Shown in pieces: positions 1 to 14,800 of a DNA stretch of 64,000 nt. The position numbers were made by a program, and so were the translations under genes. The notes beneath the pieces are model-generated. The model did not search any database. It worked only from the letters and a program-made list of their open reading frames with translations, and had not been told where the DNA came from. Location: the NCBI RefSeq assembly GCF_009914755.1, contig NC_060933.1; one strand, written 5' to 3'. Origin of the DNA: the human T2T-CHM13v2.0 reference genome, Homo sapiens. The stretch's first letter is position 1. Each line of letters opens with the position of its first letter.

Positions 1-2340
1 TATTCCGTACCATTCCATTCCATTCCATTCCATTCCATTCCATTCCATTCCATTTCCTTCCATTCCATTCCATTCCATTCCATTCCATTCCATTCCATTC
101 CATTCCATTTCCTTCCATTCCATTCCATTCCATTCCATTCCATTCCATTCCATTTCCTTCCATTCCATTCCATTCCATTCCATTCCATTCCATTCTATTA
201 GGGTTAATTCCATTCCATTCCATTCCATTCCATTCCGTTCCATGCCATTCCACTCGGGTTCATTCCATTCCTTTCCATTCCATTCGAGTTGGATCCATTC
301 CATTCCATTCTATTCCATTCCATTCCTTTCCATTCCATTCAATTCCATTCTATTCCGGTTAATTCCATTCCATTCCATTCCATTCCATTCCATTCCATTT
401 CATTGCAATCGAGTTGATTCCATTGCATTCCATTCCATTCCATTCCAGTCCTTTCCATTCCATTCCACTCGGGTTGATTCCATTCTATTCCTTTCCATTC
501 CATTCGATTGCATTCCATTCCGCTCGATTCCATTCCATTCCACTCTGGTTGATTCCATTCCTTTTCATTCCACTCGAAAACATTCCCTTCTATTCCACTC
601 GGAATGATTCCATTCCATTCCATTCCATTCCATTCCATTTCGTTCCATTACATTCTATTCTGTACCATTCCACTCCATTCCATTCCATTCCATTCCATGC
701 CATTCCTCTCGGGTTGATTCCATTCCTTTCAATTCCATTCGGGTTGAGTCCATTCCATTCCATTCCTTTCCATTCCATTCCATTCCATTGCACTCGGGTT
801 GATTCCATTCCATTCCATTCCGTTCCATTCCGGATGACTCCATTCCATTGCATTCCATTCCATTCCATTCCCCTGCACTCGGTTTCATTACATTCCATTC
901 CATTCACTTCCATTCCATTCCATTCTATTCCATTCCATTCCATTCCATTCCATTCCAATCGAGTTGATTCCATTCCATTCCATTCCATTCCATTCAATTC
1001 CGAATGATGTCATTCCATTGCCTTCCATTCCATTCCATTCCCCTGCACTCGGGTTGATTCCATTCCATTCCATTCCATCCCATTCCATTCCATTCCATTC
1101 CATTTCGTTCCATTCCATTCTATTCCGTACCATTCCATTCCATTCCATTCCATTCCATTCCATTCCATTCCATTTCCTTCCATTCCATTCCATTCCATTC
1201 CATTCCATTCCATTCCATTCCATTCTATTAGGGTTAATTCCATTCCATTCCATTCCATTCCATGCCATTCCACTCGGGTTGATTCCATTCCTTTCCATTC
1301 CATTCGAGTTGAATCCATTCCATTCCATTCCATTCCATTCCATTCCATTGCACACGGGTTCATTTCATTCCATTCCATTCCATTCCATTTCGTTCCATTC
1401 CATTCTATTCCATACCATTCCATTCCATTCCATTCCATTAGACTCCATTCCATGCCATTCCACTCGGTTTTATTCCATTCGTTTCCATTCCATTCGGGTT
1501 GAATCCATTGCATTCCATTCCATTCGATTCCATTACATTGCACTCGTGTTGTTTCCATTCCATTCCATTCCATTCCATTCCATTCCATGCCATTCCACTC
1601 GGGTTGATTTCATTACATTCCGTTCCATTCGAGTCGAACCCATTCCATTCCATTCCATTCCATTCCATTCCAATCCATTGCACACGTGTTCACTCCATTC
1701 CATTCCATTCCATTCCATTCCATTCCATTTCGTTCCATTCCATTCTATTCGGTACCATTCCATTCCATTCCATTCGGTACCATTCCATTCCATTCCAATC
1801 CATTCCATTCCATGCCATTCCACTTGGGTTGATTCCCTTCCTTTCCATTCCATTCGGGTTGAATCCATTCCATTCCATTCCATTCCATTCCATTCCATTC
1901 CATTCCATTCCTTTCAATTCCATTGCACACGGGTTGGTTCCATTCCATTCCTTTCCGTTCCATTCCGGATGACTCCATTTCATTGCATTCCATTCCATTC
2001 CATTCCCCTGCACTCGGGTTCATTACCTTCCATTCCATTTACTTCCATTCCATTCCATTCCATTCTATTCGGGTTAATTCCATTCCATTCCATTCCATTC
2101 CATTCCATTCCATTCCATTCCATTCCATTCCATTCCATTGCAATCGAGTTGATTCCATTCCATTCCATTCAATTCCGGATGATTCCATTCCATTGCCTTC
2201 AATTCCATTCCATTCCCCTGCACTCGGGTTGATTCCATTCCATTCCATTCCATTCCATTCCATTCCATTCCATTTCATTCCATTCCATTTCGTTCCTTTC
2301 CATTCTATTCCGTACCATTCCATTCCATTCCATTCCATTC
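1..2340 (+). repeat. HSat3 dialect A domain 1 (working label)
   Basis: Contains CATTGCACACGGGTTC and CATGCCATTCCACTCGGGTTG...CATTCGAGTTGAATCC, keeps a constant 5-bp register, and lacks CCGGAAGATTCC and TCAAGTTG. Confidence 0.7.
230..2340 (+). repeat. Copy 1 of a ~2 kb segment duplicated ~21.6 kb downstream
   Basis: Markers at offset 21,630: TATTCCGGTT 351/21981, CACTCGAAAA 571/22201, GGGTTGAGTC 741/22371, GACTCC 1441/23071. Markers at offset 21,510: CATTCGGTAC 1771/23281, GGGTTGGTTC 1931/23441, CGTTCCTTTC 2291/23801. Confidence 0.9.
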
Positions 2341-4727
2341 CAGTCCATTCCATGCCATTCCACTCGTGTTGATTCCATTCTTTCCATTCCATTCAAGTTG
2401 AATCCATTCCATTGCATTCCATTCCATTCCATTCCCCTGCAGTCGGGTTGATTCCATTCCATTCCATTCCATTCCATTCCATTCCGTTCCGTTCCGTTCC
2501 GTTCCATTCCATTCCATTCCATTCTATTCGGGTTAATTCCATTCCATTCCATTGCATTCCATTCCAGTCGAGTTGATTCCATTCCATTCCATTCCATTCC
2601 ATTCCACTCCATTCCAGTCCTTTCCATTCCATTCCACTCGGGTTGATTCCAATGTATTCCTTTCCATTCCATTCCATTCCATTGCAATCGAGTTGATTCC
2701 ATTGCTTTGCATTCCATTCCATTCCATTCCATTCCGGATGATTCCATTCCATTGCATTCCATTCCATTCCATTCCATTCCATTCCATTCCATTCCATTCC
2801 CTTCCATTCCATTCCATTACATTCGGATTGATTCTATTCAATTCCCTTACACTCCATTACATTCCATTCCATTAGGGTAGTTTCCATTCCATTCCATTCC
2901 ATTCCTCTCCATTCCATTGCACTCGGGTTGATTCCATTCCATTGCATTCCATTCCATTCCATTCAATTCCATTCCGTTCCATTCCATTCCATTACATTTG
3001 GATTGATTCTATTCAACTCCCTTACTCTCCGTTACATTCCATTCCATTCGGGTTGTTCCATTCCATTCCATTCCATTCCACTCCATTCCATTGCACTCGG
3101 GTTTATTCCATTCCGTTCCATTCAATTCCATTCCATTCCGGAGGATTCCATTCCATTGCATTCCATTCCATTCCATTCCCCTGCACTCGCGTTGATTCCA
3201 TTCCATTCCATTCCATTCCATTCCATTCCATTCCTTTCCGTTCCATTCCATTCCATTCCATTGCATTCCAATTCATTCCATTCCGTTCCGTTACGTTCCA
3301 TTCCATTCCATTCCATTCTATTCGGGTTAATTCCATTCCATTCCATTCGATTGCAATCGAGTTGATTCCATTCCATTCTATTCCATTCCATTCCATTCCA
3401 TTCCATTCCTTTCCATTCCATTCCATTACGGATGATTCCATTCCATTGCATTCCATTCAATTCCATTCCCCTGTACTCGGGTTGATTCCATTGCATTCCA
3501 TTCCAATCCATGCCATTCCACTCGTGTTGATTCCATTCTTTCCATTCCATTCAAGTTGAATCCATTCCATTGCATTCCATTCCATTCCATTCCCCTGCAG
3601 TCGGGTTGATTCCATTCCATTCCATTCCATTCCATTCCATTCCATTCCGTTCCGTTCCGTTCCATTCCATTCCATTCCACTCCATTCCAGTCCTTTCCAT
3701 TCCATTCCACTCGGGTTGATTCCAATGTATTCCTTTCCATTCCATTCCATTCCATTGCAATCGAGTTGATTCCATTGCTTTGCATTCCATTCCATTCCAT
3801 TCCATTTCGGATGATTCCATTCCATTGCATTCCATTCCATTCCATTCCCCTGCACTCGGGTTGATTACATTCCATTTCACTCCATTCCGTTCCATTCCAT
3901 TCCATTCCATTTTATTCGGGTTAATTCCATTCCATTCCATTCCATTCCATTCCATTACAATCGAGTTGATTCCATTCCATTCCATTCCATTCCAGTCCTT
4001 TCCATTCCATTCCACTCGGGTTGATTCCATTCTATTAATTTCCATTCCATTCCATTCCCTTCCATTCCACTCTGGTTGATACCATTCCTTTCCATTCCAC
4101 TCGAATACATTCCCTCCTATTCCACTCGGAACGATTCCATTCCATTCCATTCCATTCCATTCCATTCCATTCCATTTCGTTCCATTCCATTCTATTCCGT
4201 ATCATTCCATTCCATTCCATTCCATTCCATTCCATTCCATTCCGTTCTATTCCATTCCATTACATTCGGATTGATTCTATTCAACTCCCTTACTGTCCAT
4301 TACATTCCATTCCATTCGGGTTGTTCCATTCCATTCCATTCCATTCCACTCCATTCCATTGCACTCGGGTTGATTCCATTCCATTCCATTCCATTCCATT
4401 CCATTCCATTCCATTCCGGATGATTCCATTCCATTGCATTCCGTTCCATTACATTCCCCTGCACTCGCGTTGATTCCATTCCATTCCATTCAATTCCATT
4501 CCATTACAATTCGTTCCATTCCATTCTATTCCGTACCATTCCATTCCATTCCATACCATTCCATTCCATTCCATTCCATTCCGTTCCGTTCCATTCCGTT
4601 CCATTCCATTCCATTCCATTCTATTCGGATTAATTCCATTCCATGCCATTCCATTCCATTCTATTCCATTCCATTGCAATCGAGTTGAATCCATTGCATT
4701 TCATTCCATTCCATTCCATTCCATTCC

Positions 4728-4742
4728 ATTCCGGAAGATTCC
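4728..4742. promoter_or_regulatory. Canonical heat-shock element (nTTCnnGAAnnTTCn), first of 10 copies in B domain 1
   Basis: ATTCCGGAAGATTCC. Other copies start at 6481, 7384, 9142, 10350, 13082, 14821, 17274 (ATTCAGGAAGATTCC), 18983 and 19737. The motif match is direct; function is inferred. Confidence 0.6.
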
Positions 4743-7700
4743 ATTCCATTGCATTCCATTGCATTCCATTCCCCTGCACTCGCGTTGATTGCATTCCATT
4801 CCATTCCATTCCATTCCGTTCCGTTCCGTTCCATTCCATTCCATTCCATTCCATTCCATTCCGTTCCGTTCCATTCCATTCCATTCCATTCTATTCGGGT
4901 TAATTCCATTCCATTCCATTCCATTGCAATCGAGTTGATTCCATTCCATTCTATTCCATTCCATTCCATTCCATTCCATTCCTTTCCATTCCATTACGGA
5001 TGATTCCATTCCATTGCATTCCATTCCATTCCATTCCCCTGTACTCGGGTTGATTCCATTCCATTCCATTCCAATCCATGCCATTCCACTCGTGTTGATT
5101 CCATTCTTTCCATTCCATTCAAGTTGAATCCATTCCATTGCATTCCATTCCATTCCATTCCCCTGCATTCGGGTTGATTCCATTCCATTCCATTCCATTC
5201 CATTCCATTCCATTCCGTTCCGTTCCGTTCCATTCCATTCCATTCCATTCTATTCGGGTTACTTCCATTCCATTCCATTCCATTCCATTCCATTCCAATC
5301 GAGTTGATTCCATTCCATTCCATTCCATTCCATTCCACTCCATTCCAGTCCTTTCAATTCCATTCCACTCGGGTTGATTCCAATGTATTCCATTCCATTC
5401 CATTCCATTCCATTGTAATCGAGTTGATTCCATTGCTTTGCATTCCATTCCATTCCATTCCATTCCGGATGATTCCATTCCATTGCATTCCATTCCATTC
5501 CATTCCCCTGCACTCGGGTTGATTCCATTCCATTCCACTCCATTCCGTTCCGTTCCATTCCATTCCATTGTACTCGGGTTAATTCCATTCCATTCCATTC
5601 CATTCCATTCCATTCCATTCCATTACAATCGAGTTGATTCCATTCCATTCCATTCCATTCCAGTCCTTTCCATTCCATTCCACTCGGGTTGATTCCATTC
5701 TATTAGTTTCCATTCCATTCCATTCCCTTCCATTCCACTCTGGTTGATACCATTCCTTTCCATTCCACTCGAATACATTCCCTCCTATTCCACTCGGAAC
5801 GATTCCATTCCATTCCATTCCATTCCATTCCATTCCATTCCATTCCATTCCATTCCATTTCGTTCCATTCCATTCTATTCCGTATCATTCCATTCCATTC
5901 CATTCCATTCCATTCCATTCCATTGTACTCGGGTTGATTCAATTCCATTGCATTCCATTCCATTCCATTCCATTCCATTCCATTCCGTTGCATTCCATTC
6001 CATTACATTCGGATTGATTCTATTCAACTCCCTTACTCTCCATTACATTCCATTCCATTAGGGTTGTTCCATTCCATTCCATTCCATTCCACTCCATTCC
6101 ATTGCACTCGGGTTGATTCCATTCCATTCCATTCCATTCCATTCCATTCCATTCCATTCTATTCCGGATGATTCCATTCCATTGCATTCCGTTCCATTAC
6201 ATTTCCCTGCACTCGCGTTTATTCCATTCCATTCAATTCCATTCCATTCCATTCCATTACATTACAATTCGTTCCATTCCATTCTATTCCGTACCATTCC
6301 ACTCCATTCCATACCATTCCATTCCATTCCATTCCATTCCATTCCATTCCGTTCCATTCCGTTCCATTCCATTCCATTCCATTCTATTCGGATTAATTCC
6401 ATTCCATTCCATTCTATTCCATTCCATTGCAATCGAGTTGATTCCATTCCATTCCATTCCATTCCATTCCATTCCATACCATTCCGGAAGATTCCATTCC
6501 ATTGCATTCCATTCCATTCCATTCCCCTGCACTCGCGTTGATTCCATTCCATTCCATTCTATTCCATTCCATTCCCTTCCTTTCCGTTCCATTCCATTCC
6601 ATTCCATTCCATTTCATTCCATTCCGTTCCGTTCCATTCCATTCCATTCCATTCCATTCCATTCCATTCCGTTCCGTTCCATTCCATTCCATTCCATTCT
6701 ATTCGGGTTAATTCCATTCCATTTCATTCGATTGCAATCGAGTTGATTCCATTCCATTCCATTCCATTCCATTCCATTCCATTCCATTCCATTCCTTTCC
6801 ATTCCATTACGGATGATTCCATTCCATTGCATTCCATTCCATTCCATTCCCCTGTACTCGGGTTGATTCCATTACATTCCATTCCAATCCATGCCATTCC
6901 ACTCGTGTTGATTCCATTCTTTCCATTCCATTCAAGTTGAATCCATTCCATTACATTCCATTCCATTCGATTCCATTCGATTGCACTCGGGTTGATTCCA
7001 TTCCATTGCATTCCATTCCATTCCGTTCCATTCCATTCCATTCCATTCCATTCCGTTCCATTCCATTCCATTACATTCTGATTGATTCTATTCAATTCCC
7101 TTACACTCCATTCCATTCCATTCCATTCGGGTAGTTTCCATTCCATTCCATTCCATTCCTCTCCATTCCATTGAACTCGGGTTGATTCCATTCCATTGCA
7201 TTCCATTCCATTCCATTCAATTCCATTCCGTTCCATTCCATTCCATTACATTCGGATTTATTCTATTCAACTCCCTTACTCTCCATTACATTCCATTCCA
7301 TTCGGGTTGTTCCATTCCATTCCATTCCATTCCACTCCATTCCATTTCACTCGGGTTTATTCCATTCCATTCCATTCCATTCCATTCCGGAAGATTCCAT
7401 TAAATTCCATTCCATTCCATTCCATTCCCCTGCACTCGTGTTGATTCCATTCCATTCCATTCCATTCCATTCCATTCCATTCCATTCCGTTCCGTTCCAT
7501 TCCATTCCATTCCATTCCATTCCAATCCATTCCGTTCCGTTCCGTTCCGTTCCATTCCATTCCATTCCATTCTATTCGGGTTAATTCCATTCCATTCCAT
7601 TCGATTGCAATCGAGTTGATTCCATTCCATTCCATTCCATTCCATTCCATTCCATTCCTTTCCATTCCATTACGGATGATTAAATTCCGTTGCATTCCAT

Positions 7701-10700
7701 TCCATTCCATTCCCCTGTAGTCGGGTTGATTCCATTCCATTCCATTCCAATCCATGCCATTCCACTCGTGTTGATTCCATTCTTTCCATTCCATTCAAGT
7801 TGAATCCATTCCATTGCATTCCATTCCATTCCATTCCCCTGCAGTCGGGTTGTTTCCATTCCATTCCATTCCATTCCATTCCATTCCATTCCATTCCGTT
7901 CCGTTCCATTCCATTCCATTCCATTCTATTCGGATTAATTCCATTCCATTCCATTCCATTCCATTCCATTACATTCCATTCCATTCCAATCGAGTTGATT
8001 CCATTCCATTCCATTCCATTCCATTCCACTCCATTCCAGTCCTTTCCATTCCATTCCACTCGGGTTGATTCCAATGTATTCCTTTCCATTCCATTCCATT
8101 CCATTGCAATCGAGTTGATTCCATTGCTTTGTATTCCATTCCATTCCATTCCATTCCGGATGATTCCATTTCATTGCATTCCATTCCATTCCATTCCCCT
8201 GCACTCGGGTTGATTCCATTCGATTCCACTCCATTCCGTTCCATTCCATTCCATTGCATTGTATTCGGGTTAATTCCATTCCATTCCATTCCATTCCATT
8301 CCATTCCATTCCATTCCATTACAGTCGAGTTGATTCCATTCCATTCCATTCCATTCCAGTCCTTTCCATTTCATTCCTCTCGGGTTGATTCCATTCTATT
8401 AGTTTCCATTCCATTCCATTCCCTTCCATTCCTCTCAGGTTTTTTCCATTCCTTTCCATTCCACTCGAATACATTCCCTCCTATTCCACTCAGAACGATT
8501 CCATTCCATTCCATTCCATTCCATTCCATTTCGTTCCATTCCATTCTATTCCGCATCATTCCATTCCATTCCATTCCATTCCATTCCATTCCATTCCATT
8601 GTACTCGGGTTGATTCAATTCCATTGCACTCCATTCCATTCCATTCCATTCCACTCCGTTGCATTCCATTCCATTACATTCGGATTGATTCTATTCAACT
8701 CCCTTACTCTCCATTCCATTCCATTCCATTCGGGTTGTTCCATTCCATTCCACTCCATTCCATTGCACTCGGGTTGATTCCATTCCATTCCATTATATTC
8801 CATTCCATTCCATTCCATTCCGGATGATTCCATTCCATTGCATTCCGTTCCATTACATTCCCCTGCACTCGCGTTGATTCCATTCCATTCCATTCCATTC
8901 CATTCAACTCCATTCCATTACAATTCGTTCCATTCCATTCTATTCTGTACCATTGCATTCCATTCCATACCATTCCATTGCATTCCATTCCATTCCATTC
9001 CGTTCCATTCCGTTCCATTCCATTCCATTCCATTCTATTCGAATTAATTCCATTCAATTCCATTCCATTCCATTCTATTCCATTCCATTGCAATCGAGTT
9101 GAATCCATTGCATTTCATTCCATTCCAGTCCATTCCATTCCATTCCGGAAGATTCCATTCCATTGCATTCCATTCCATTCCATTCCCCTGCACTCGCGTT
9201 GATTCCATTCCATTCCATTCCATTCCATTCCATTCCGTTCCGTTCCATTCCATTCCATTCCATTCCATTCCGTTCCGTTCCATTCCATTCCATTCCATTC
9301 TATTCGGGTTAATTCCATTCCATTCCATTCCATTCGATTCCATTCCATTGCACTCGGGTTGATTCCATTCCATTCCATTCCATTGCATTCCATTCCATTC
9401 CATTCCGGATGATTCCATTCCATTCCATTCCATTCCATTCCATTCCCCTGCAGTCGGGTTGATTCCATTCCATTCCATTCCATTCCATTCCATTCCGTTC
9501 CATTCCATTCCATTCCATTCTATTTGGGTTAATTCTATTCCATTCCATTCCATTCCATTCCATTCCATTCCAATCGAGTTGATTCCATTCCATTCCTTTC
9601 CATTCCATTCCACTCCATTCCAGTCCTTTCCATTCCATTACACTCGGGTTGATTCCATTCTATTCCTTTCCATTCCATTCCATTCCATTGCAATCGAGTT
9701 GATTCCATTGCTTTGCATTCCATTCCATTCCATTCCATTCCGTATGATTCCATTCCATTGCATTCCATTCCATTCCATTCCCCTGCACTCGGGTTGATTC
9801 CATTCCATTCCACTCCATTCTGTTCCATTCCATTCCGTTCCATTGTATTCGGGTTAATTCCATTCCATTCCATTCCATTCCAATCCATTACTCGAGTTGA
9901 TTCCATTCCATTCCATTCCATTCCATTCCATTCCATTCCAGTCCTTTCCATTCCATTCCACTCGGGTTGATTCCATTCTATTAGTTTCCATTCCATTCCA
10001 TTCCCTTCCATTCCACTCTGGTTGATTCCATTCTTTTCCATTCCACTCGAATACATTCCCTCCTATTCCACTCGGAACGATTCCATTCCATTCCATTCCA
10101 TTCCATTCCATTCGATTCCAGTTCGTTCCATTCCATTCTATTCTGTACCATTCCATTCCATTCCATTCCTTTCCATTCCATTCCTTTCCACTCGTGTTGA
10201 TTCCATTCCTTTCCATTCCATTCGGTTTGAAGGCATTCCATTCCATTCAATTCCACTCCATTCCATTCAATTCCATTCCATTCTATTCCATTCCATTGCA
10301 ATCGAGTTGAATCCATTGCCTTTCATTCCATTCCATTCCATTCCATTCCATTCCGGAAGATTCCATTCCATTACATTCCATTCCATTCCATTCCCCTGCA
10401 CTCGCGTTGATTAAATTCTATTCCATTCCATTCCATTCCGTTCCGTTCAATTCCATTCCATTCCATTCCATTCCGTTCCGTTCCATTCCATTGCATTCCA
10501 TTCTATTCGGGTTAATTCCATTCCATTCCATTCGATTGCCATCGAGTTGATTCCATTCCATTCCATTCCATTCCATTCCATTCCATTCCTTTCCATTCCA
10601 TTACGGATGACTCCATTCCATTGCTTTCCATTCCTTTCCATTCCCCTTTACTCGGGTTGATTCCATTCCATTCCATTCCACTCCATTCGGTTCCGTTGCA

Positions 10701-11849
10701 TTCCATTCTATTGCATTCCATTCTATTCGGGTTAATTCCTTTCCATTTTATTCCATTCCATTCCATTCCATTCCATTGCAATGGAGTTTATTCCATTCCA
10801 TTCCATTCCATTCCGGATGATTCCATTCCATTGCATTCCATTCCATTCCATTCCCCTGCTCTCGTGTTGATTCCATTCCCTTCCATTCCATTCCATTCCG
10901 TTCCATTCCATTCCATTCCATTCTATTCCGGTTAATTCCATTCCATTCCATTCCATTCCATTCCATTCCATTCCATTCCATTCCATTCCATTCCATTCCA
11001 TTGCAATCGAGTTGATTCCATTCCATTCCTTTCCATTCCATTCCATTGCCTTGCATTCCACTCGGGTTGATTCCATTCCCTTCTTTCCACTCCATTACAT
11101 TCCCTTCCATTCCACTCGGAATGATTGATTCCATTCCATTCCATTCCATTCCACTCCATTCCATTGCACTCGGGTTGATTCCATTCCATTCCATTCAATT
11201 CCATTCCATTCCGGATGATTCCATTGCATTGCATTCCGTTCCATTACATTCCCCTGCACTCGGGTTGATACCATTCCATTCCATTCCATTCAATTCCATT
11301 CCATTCGATTCCATTCCGGATGATTCCATTCCATTGCATTCCATTCCATTCCATTCCCCTGCACTCGGGTTGATTACATTCCATTTCCTTCCCTTCCATT
11401 CCTTTCCATTCCATTCCTTTCCATTCTATTCGGGTGAATTCCATTCCATTCCATTCCATTCCATTCCATTCCATTCCATTCTATTCCATTCCATTCCATT
11501 CCATTGCAATCGAGTTGATTCCATTCGATTCCATTCCATTCCGTTCCGGATGATTCCATTCCATTCCATTCCATTCCATTCCATTCCCGTGCAGTCGGGT
11601 TGATTCCATTCCATTCCATTCTATTCCATTCTATTCCATTCCATTCCGTTCCATTCCATTCCATTCCATTCTATTCGGGTTAATTGCATTCCATTCCATT
11701 CCATTCCATTCCATTCCATTCCAATCGAGTTGATTCCATTCCATTCCATTCCATTCCATTCCACTCCATTCCAGTCCTTTCCATTCCATTACACTCTGGT
11801 TGATTCCATTCTATTCCTTTCTATTCCATTCCATTCCATTGCAATCGAG

Positions 11850-14800
11850 TTGATTCCATTGCTTTGCATTCCATTCCATTCCATTCCATTCCGGATGATT
11901 CCATTCCACTGCATTCCATTCCATTCCATTCCCCTGCACTCGGGTTGATTCCATTCCATTCCACTCCATTCCATTCCATTCCATTCCATTCCATTTTATT
12001 CGGGTTAATTCCATTCCATTCCATTCCATTCCATTCCATTCCATTCCATTCCATTACAATCGAGTTGTTTCCATTCCATTCCATTCCATTCCATTCCATT
12101 CCATTCCATTCCATTCCATTGCAATCGAGTTGATTCCATTCCATTTCATTCCATTCCATTCCATTACATTCCATTCCAATCGAGTTGATTCCATTCGATT
12201 TCATTGCATTCCATTCCATTCCATTCCATTCCAGTCCTTTCCATTCCATTCCACTCGGGTTGATTCCATTCTATTAATTTCCATTCCATTCCATTCTCTT
12301 CCATTCCACTCTGGGTGATTCCATTCCTTTCCATTCCACTCGAATACATTCCCTCCTATTCTACTCGGAACGATTCCATTCCATTCCATTCCATTCCATT
12401 CCATTCCATTCCATTCCATTCCATTTCGTTCCATTCCATTCTGTTCCGTATCATTCCATTCCATTCCATTCCATTCCCTTCCATTCCATTCCATTACATT
12501 CCACTCGTGTTGATTCCATTCCTTTCCATTCCATTCGGTTTGAAGGCATTCCATTCCATTCCATTCCATTCGATTCCATTCCATTGTACTCGGGTTGATT
12601 CTATTCCATTGCATTCCATTCCATTCCAATCCGTTGCATTCCATTCCATTACATTCGGATTGATTCTATTCAACTCCCTTACTCTCCATTACATTCCATT
12701 CCATTCGGGTTGTTCCATTCCATTCCATTCCATTCCACTCCATTCCATTGCACTCGGGTTGATTCCATTCCATTCCATTCCATTCCATTCCATTCCGGAT
12801 GATTCCGTTCCATTGCATTCCGTTCCATTACATTCCCCTGCACTCGCGTTGATTCCACTCCATTCCATTCCATTCCATTCCATTCAATTCCATTCCATTA
12901 CAATTCGTTCCATTCCATTCTATTCCGTACCATTCCATTCCATTCCATACCATTCCATTCCATTCCATTCCATTCCATTCCGTTCCGTTCCATTCCGTTC
13001 CATTCCATTCCATTCCATTCCATTCCATTGCAATCGAGTTGAATCCATTGCATTTCATTCCATTCCATTCCATTCCATTCCATTCCGGAAGATTCCATTC
13101 CATTGCATTCCATTCCATTCCATTCCCCTGCACTCGCGTTGATTCCATTCCATTCCATTCCATTCCATTGCATTCCGTTCCGTTCCGTTCCATTTCATTC
13201 CATTCCATTGCATTCCATTCCGTTCCCTTCCATTCCATTCCATTCCATTCTATTCGGGTTAATTCCATTCCATTCCATTCGATTGCAATCGAGTTGATTC
13301 CATTCCATTCCATTCTATTCCGTTCCGGATGATTCCATTCTATTGCATTCCATTCCATTCCATTCCCCTGCAGTCGGGTTGATTCCATTCCATTCCATTC
13401 CATTCCATTCCGTTCCATTCCATTCCATTCCATTCTATTCGTGTTAATTCCATTCCATTCCTTTCCATTGCATTCCATTCCATTCCAATCGAGTTGATTC
13501 CATTCCATTCCATTCCATTCCATTCCACTCCATTCCAGTCCTTTCCATTCCATTACACTCGGGTTGATTCCGTTCTATTCCTTTCCATTCCATTCCATTC
13601 CATTGCAATCGAGTTGATTCCATTGCTTTGCATTCCATTCCATTCCATTCCATTCCGGATGATTCCATTCCATTGCATTCCATTCCATTCCATTCCCCTG
13701 CACTCGGGTTGATTGCATTCCATTCCACTCCATTCCGTTCCATTCTAGTCCATTCCATTGTATTCGGGTTAATTCCATTCCATTCCATTCCATTCCATTC
13801 CCTTACAATGTAGTTGATTCCATTCAATTCCATTCCATTCCATTCCATTCCAGTCCTTTCCATTCCATTCCACTCGTGTTGATTCCATTCTATTAGTTTC
13901 CATTCCATCCCATTCCCTTCCATTCCAATCTGGTTGATTCCATTCCTTTCCATTCCACTCGAATACATTCCCTCCTATTCCACTCAGAACTATTCCATTC
14001 CATTCCATTCCATTCCATTCCATTCCATTCCATTCCAGTTCGTTCCATTCCATTCTATTCCGTACCATTCTATTCCATTCCATTCCTTTCCATTCCATTC
14101 CATTCCACTCGTGGTGATTCCATTCCTTTCCATTCCATTCGGTTTGAAGGCATTCCATTCCATTCAATTCCATTCCATTCCATTCCATTCCATTCCATTC
14201 CATTCCATTCCATTCCATTGTACTCGAGTTGATTCCATTCCATTGCATTCAATTCCATTCCATTCCATTCCATTGTACTCGAGTTGATTCCATTCCATTG
14301 CATTCCATTCCATTCCATTCCATTTCATTCCGTTGCATTCCATTCCTTTACATTCGGATTGATTCTATTCAACTCCCTTACTCTCCATTACATTACATTC
14401 CATTCGGGTTGTTCCATTCCATTCCATTCCATTCCACTCCATTCCATTGCACTCGGGTTGATTCCATTCCATTCCATTCCATTCCATTCCATTGCGGATG
14501 ATTCTATTCCATTGCATTCCGTTCCATTACATTCCCCTGCACTCGCGTTGATTCCATTCCATTGCATTCCATTCCATTCCATTCAATTCCATTCCATTGC
14601 AATTCGTTCCACTGCATTCTATTCCGTACCATTCCATTCCATTCCATACCATTCCATTCCATTCCATTCCATTCCGTTCCGTTCTGTTCCTTTCCATTCC
14701 ATTCCATTCTATTCGGATTAATTCCATTCCATTCCATTCCATTCCATTCTATTCCATTCCATTGCAATCGAGTTGAATCCATTGCATTTCATTCCATTCC

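Noticed and set aside
964-2232. 422-aa ORF (IPFHS repeats) and the other C-strand ORFs
   Set aside because: (CATTC)n has no stop codon in any frame, so long ORFs are expected. They overlap in all frames and have no domain-like content or gene signals.
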